Source: Eledone cirrhosa (Eukaryota). From it: a DNA stretch of 64,000 nucleotides. The stretch is from positions 147,994,001 to 148,058,000 of the forward strand of contig OZ024741.1 in NCBI GenBank assembly GCA_964016885.1, in the 5' to 3' direction. Shown piece after piece: positions 60,460-64,000 of this stretch. The notes under the pieces are model-generated. The model had not been told where the DNA came from and made no database searches. It saw only the letters and a program-made list of their open reading frames with translations. How positions within the stretch are numbered: the stretch's first letter is position 1; every line of letters begins with the position of its first letter. The translations under genes were made by a program, and so were the position numbers.

Positions 60460-63400
60460 CGTCTACAGCGTGATAGTGCCACACTAAAATCACCGAGGGT
60501 GATGAAATCACCGGTGGTTATGTAACCATACATTCACCAATCCTCGATAAGAGTGTTTAAATGTCGAACCTAAACAGTTCGAATAACGGTGAAATGGAGA
60601 CTGGAATGTCATGTGACAGACTCTCACCCAGCAGGTGCTCCCTGGCTCAGCAGCAGGGACCTGGCTGTCAACCAAATACTGCTGGTGTTGGAGGAAGAAG
60701 AAGAAGGAAAGGGACCAGAACCAACTGGACGAAAGAATTGAATAGAACTGTTATGCAATGTTACCTGAAGAGTAACCCCAAGGAGAAAGGCTATAGGAAA
60801 CGGATGCATAACATCTGGAACGAGATTGGTCTATTTAAATTAGATGAACAAAAATTGGCCGGGCAGGCTCGGTTAATAAGAACTAATGGGTGGATAAGCG
60901 AGCTGGAACTGGAGGAACTGAGCAGAGAGATTAGGTTGGAAATGGAGAGTGGAGTATGCCAGGGAAACGAGCCAGTGGGAAAGGAAGGTGAAGAGGTTGA
61001 GAGAACGGAGGAACCATCCGAAGCAGACAATGATCTGAATGCTGAAATAAATAATACCTGGAACAAAGATACGGCCATTGAGGAGATGAATGCTGACAGG
61101 CTAGGACAAGATTTGGTTGATATCCTGAACTTAGTGGTAGATGAATTGAACAATGATAGTGGGAAACCTAGGAACCTAAGATTTGTAGACCGGAAAAAGT
61201 TAAAAGAAACAACAGCTAAGGTAAACAAAGTCATCCCATACCTTGAGGCAAGGAGCCTTCACCAGTGCAACAATATCCTCAAAGCAACAGCAAATGCGGT
61301 GAGGAAATTACTTGGCATAAAAGCGAGAGGAAACAACAAACAAGAAAGATCAGAACCTTGGTGGAAGAAACGACTGAATGGTAAAATCAGGGAAATGAGA
61401 AATGACATTGGAAAGCTTGAGTCCCTACTGAATGGGACACTAAAAAACATAGACACTAAAAATAGACTGGAAATAAAGTACAAAACTAGGAGGAAAAAGC
61501 TAAATATTATCATAGAGGAACTGAAGCAACGCATTGTAGCAAAGAGTGCAAAAATTAGGCGATACGAGAGCAGAGTCAATCAGTATAGACAGAACCGCAT
61601 GTTTGACAACAACCAGAAGATGTTGTTTGGACAGCTTGAAGGGAAAGAAAGAGGCAACGACTTGATCCCTGAGGCGGAACAAACTAAAACATTCTGGAGA
61701 GGAATATGGGAGCAGGATGTTAAACATAATGACCAGGCAGTGTGGATTGAGACAGTACAGAAGGAGATCAGTGAACAGGCACGCCAACAAACTGATTTGA
61801 GTATCACAGTTGAAACTCTTAAGAGGCAGGCCAAAATACTAACCAACTGGAAATCACCTGGCCCAGATGGTGTGCAGGGGTATTGGATTAAAAACATAAC
61901 ATCCCTCCACCCGAAACTGACAACCATGTTCAATGACTGCTTGATGTCAGGTGAGGTACCAGAGTGGTTGACAAAAGGTACCACAGTTCTGGTAATGAAA
62001 GACCGAATCAAGGGTAATGATGTTACCAACTATAGACCTATCACATGTCTGTCCGTAATGTGGAAACTGTTGACAAGCATTATGTCTGAGGAAATCTACC
62101 ACACAAACAACTTGTTACCGGACGAACAGAAAGGATGCCGAAAGAAGTCCCGTGGTACAAAGGACCAGTTACTTATTGATAAGATGGTATGAGGAATTGC
62201 AAGAGGAGACACACTGGTCTTGCCATGGGATGGATAGACTACAAAAACGCATTTGACATGGTGCCCCATTCTTGGATCACCAAAAGCCTAGAGATCTTCA
62301 AGGTGGCAAATAACATCAGACAGTTGTTGGGCAAAGTATGAAGTCCTGGAAAACAGAGTTAACATCAGCTGGAGAATCCTTGGGGGGCGTGAAGATCAAG
62401 AGAGATATCTTCCAGGGAGATAGTCTGTCCCCTCTGTTGTTTGTCCTTGCCCTGATTCCCCTGACCATTATACTGCGAAAAGTGAGAGCAGGATACAAGT
62501 TGGGAAAGGGAGAGCTTACCATCAATCACCTCCTCTTCATGGACGATCTTAAGCTCTTCGGGAAGAGTGAGAAGGAGTTGGATGTGCTTGTTGACACTGT
62601 CCGTATTTTCAGCAATGATATATGTATGCAATTTGGTATTAGTAAGTGTGGAGACCTAGTGATGAAGCGGGGTAAATTGAGCAGAAGCAACGGAATCCAG
62701 GTACCAACAGGTGAGATGATAAAGGAAATTGACACTGAAGAAGGATACAAGTATTTGGGTGTTCTGGAGGCTGATGACATCAAGAACAAAAAAATGAAGG
62801 AATTGATAAGATCTGAATACATTCGGAGAGTAAGGAGCGTATTAAAGTCACATGTGAACAGTAGGAATGCCATAAGTGCAGTAAATTCCCGAGCTGTGTC
62901 TATTATTAGGTACAGTGCGGGAATTCTGAGATGGAATGTTGCTGAACAAAAAGAAATGGATAGGAAGACTAGGAAGCTATTGACTATCTACAACATGTTC
63001 CACAAGAGGAGTGATGTCGATAGACTCTACTTAAGGAGATCTGAAGGTGGAAGAGGTCTTATCAGCATAGAGGACTGTGTTCAGATAGAGAAAAACAACC
63101 TACACAAATACGTGACTGATACTAAGGAGCCAATGCTCAGAATTGTACTGAAGGAGAGGACAATAGACCAGGGGATGTCTAAGGAGGAAATAACAACAAG
63201 GAGAAAGAGCAGCCTTCATGAAAAATCCCTTCATAGTACCTTCTTTGAGAAAACTGAATTCAGAGATCCACAGACATGGAACTGGTTGAAAAGAGGAGAC
63301 CTTAAAAAGGCTACAGAAGGAATGCTAATGTCTGCGCAAGAGCAGGCTCTCAAAACGAAGTGGTTGAAACACCATATTTACAAGGAGGAGGCTAGCCCAC

Positions 63401-64000
63401 TGTGCAGGATCTGTGGAGAGAGAGAGGAAACTGTGGCTCACATTGTATCCGAGTGTAAACACCTAGCCCAGACTCACTATAAAGGCTGGAGACATGATGT
63501 GATGGGCAGGGTGATCCACTGGCACCTATGCAAAGTAAACAATTTACCACATTCTGAGAAGTGGTATGAGCATAAGCCAGAGTCGGTGATAGAAAACGAT
63601 CAGGTGAAGGTGCTGTGGGATTTTAGGATACAGACGGACAAGAAACTGGAACACAATAGACCTGACCTGGTGGTTTTGGACAAGGAAAAAAGATCGTGCC
63701 TGATTGTGGATGTGGCTTGCCCATTCGACACGAGAGTGCAAGAGAGGGAGAGGGAGAAAATTAACCGATACCAGGATTTAAAGTGGGAGGTAAAAAGGAT
63801 TTGGAACTGCCATGAAGTCAAAGTAGTCCCGATTGTCATAGGCGCACTAGGTACTATCTCAAAAGGTTTCCAGGGATGGTTAAAGAAAATTGGCCCCGCC
63901 TCGCTTTTTGGAACGCTTCAAAAGGCATGCTTGCTGGGAACAGCAAGAACCCTCCGATACGTCCTGAATATCTGAGGCTGCAGGTAGTGGCTTGATATTC
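60460..64000 (+). mobile_element. Dong/R4-clade RLE non-LTR retrotransposon family A, near full length; 3' UTR runs off the window
   Basis: Single long ORF architecture. 3' end homologous to 37126-37242. 5' boundary approximate. Confidence 0.9.
60561..63975 (+). pseudogene. Dong/R4 polyprotein (Myb-like N-terminus, RT, CCHC, PD-(D/E)xK endonuclease), frameshifted near 62100-62340
   Basis: NWTKELN..CY..GYRKRM..W, WKSPGPDG, YRPITCL, IFQGDSLSPLLF, FMDDLKL, CRIC..ETVAHIVSEC, RHD, RPDLVVLD..IVDVACP..EKINRYQDL. Confidence 0.9.

Noticed and set aside
60420-60470. Full-length Dong copy as part of the (AAT)n array
   Set aside because: Its 5' flank is (TTTG)n/TTTA rather than AAT, about 700 bp of unrelated DNA separates it from the array, and its 3' flank is outside the window.

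Overview
Eukaryotic (animal) genomic DNA. The SINE fragments and TE complement look like a cephalopod (Octopus-like) genome; that assignment is inference. The left half (1 to ~37 kb) is a tandem/segmental duplication array. Each unit carries an intronless class A (rhodopsin-like) orphan GPCR: two apparently identical copies and one strongly diverged copy. Units also carry decayed RTE and mariner fragments, PHD-finger-bearing CRE-like RLE retrotransposons and probable pseudo-exons of a condensin CAP-G-like gene. One of these exons holds a 39-bp in-frame VNTR, with 3 units in one paralog and about 95 in another. The right half (37-64 kb) is a retrotransposon pile-up on (AAT)n microsatellites. 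It holds five head-to-tail minus-strand Tx1-clade elements from two families and plus-strand Dong/R4-clade RLE elements from two families. A Buster-type hAT transposon with an 8-bp TSD sits inside one Tx1 copy. Most other ORFs in the track are antisense or low-complexity artefacts. All alignments and counts were done by eye; some frameshifts could be assembly indels.
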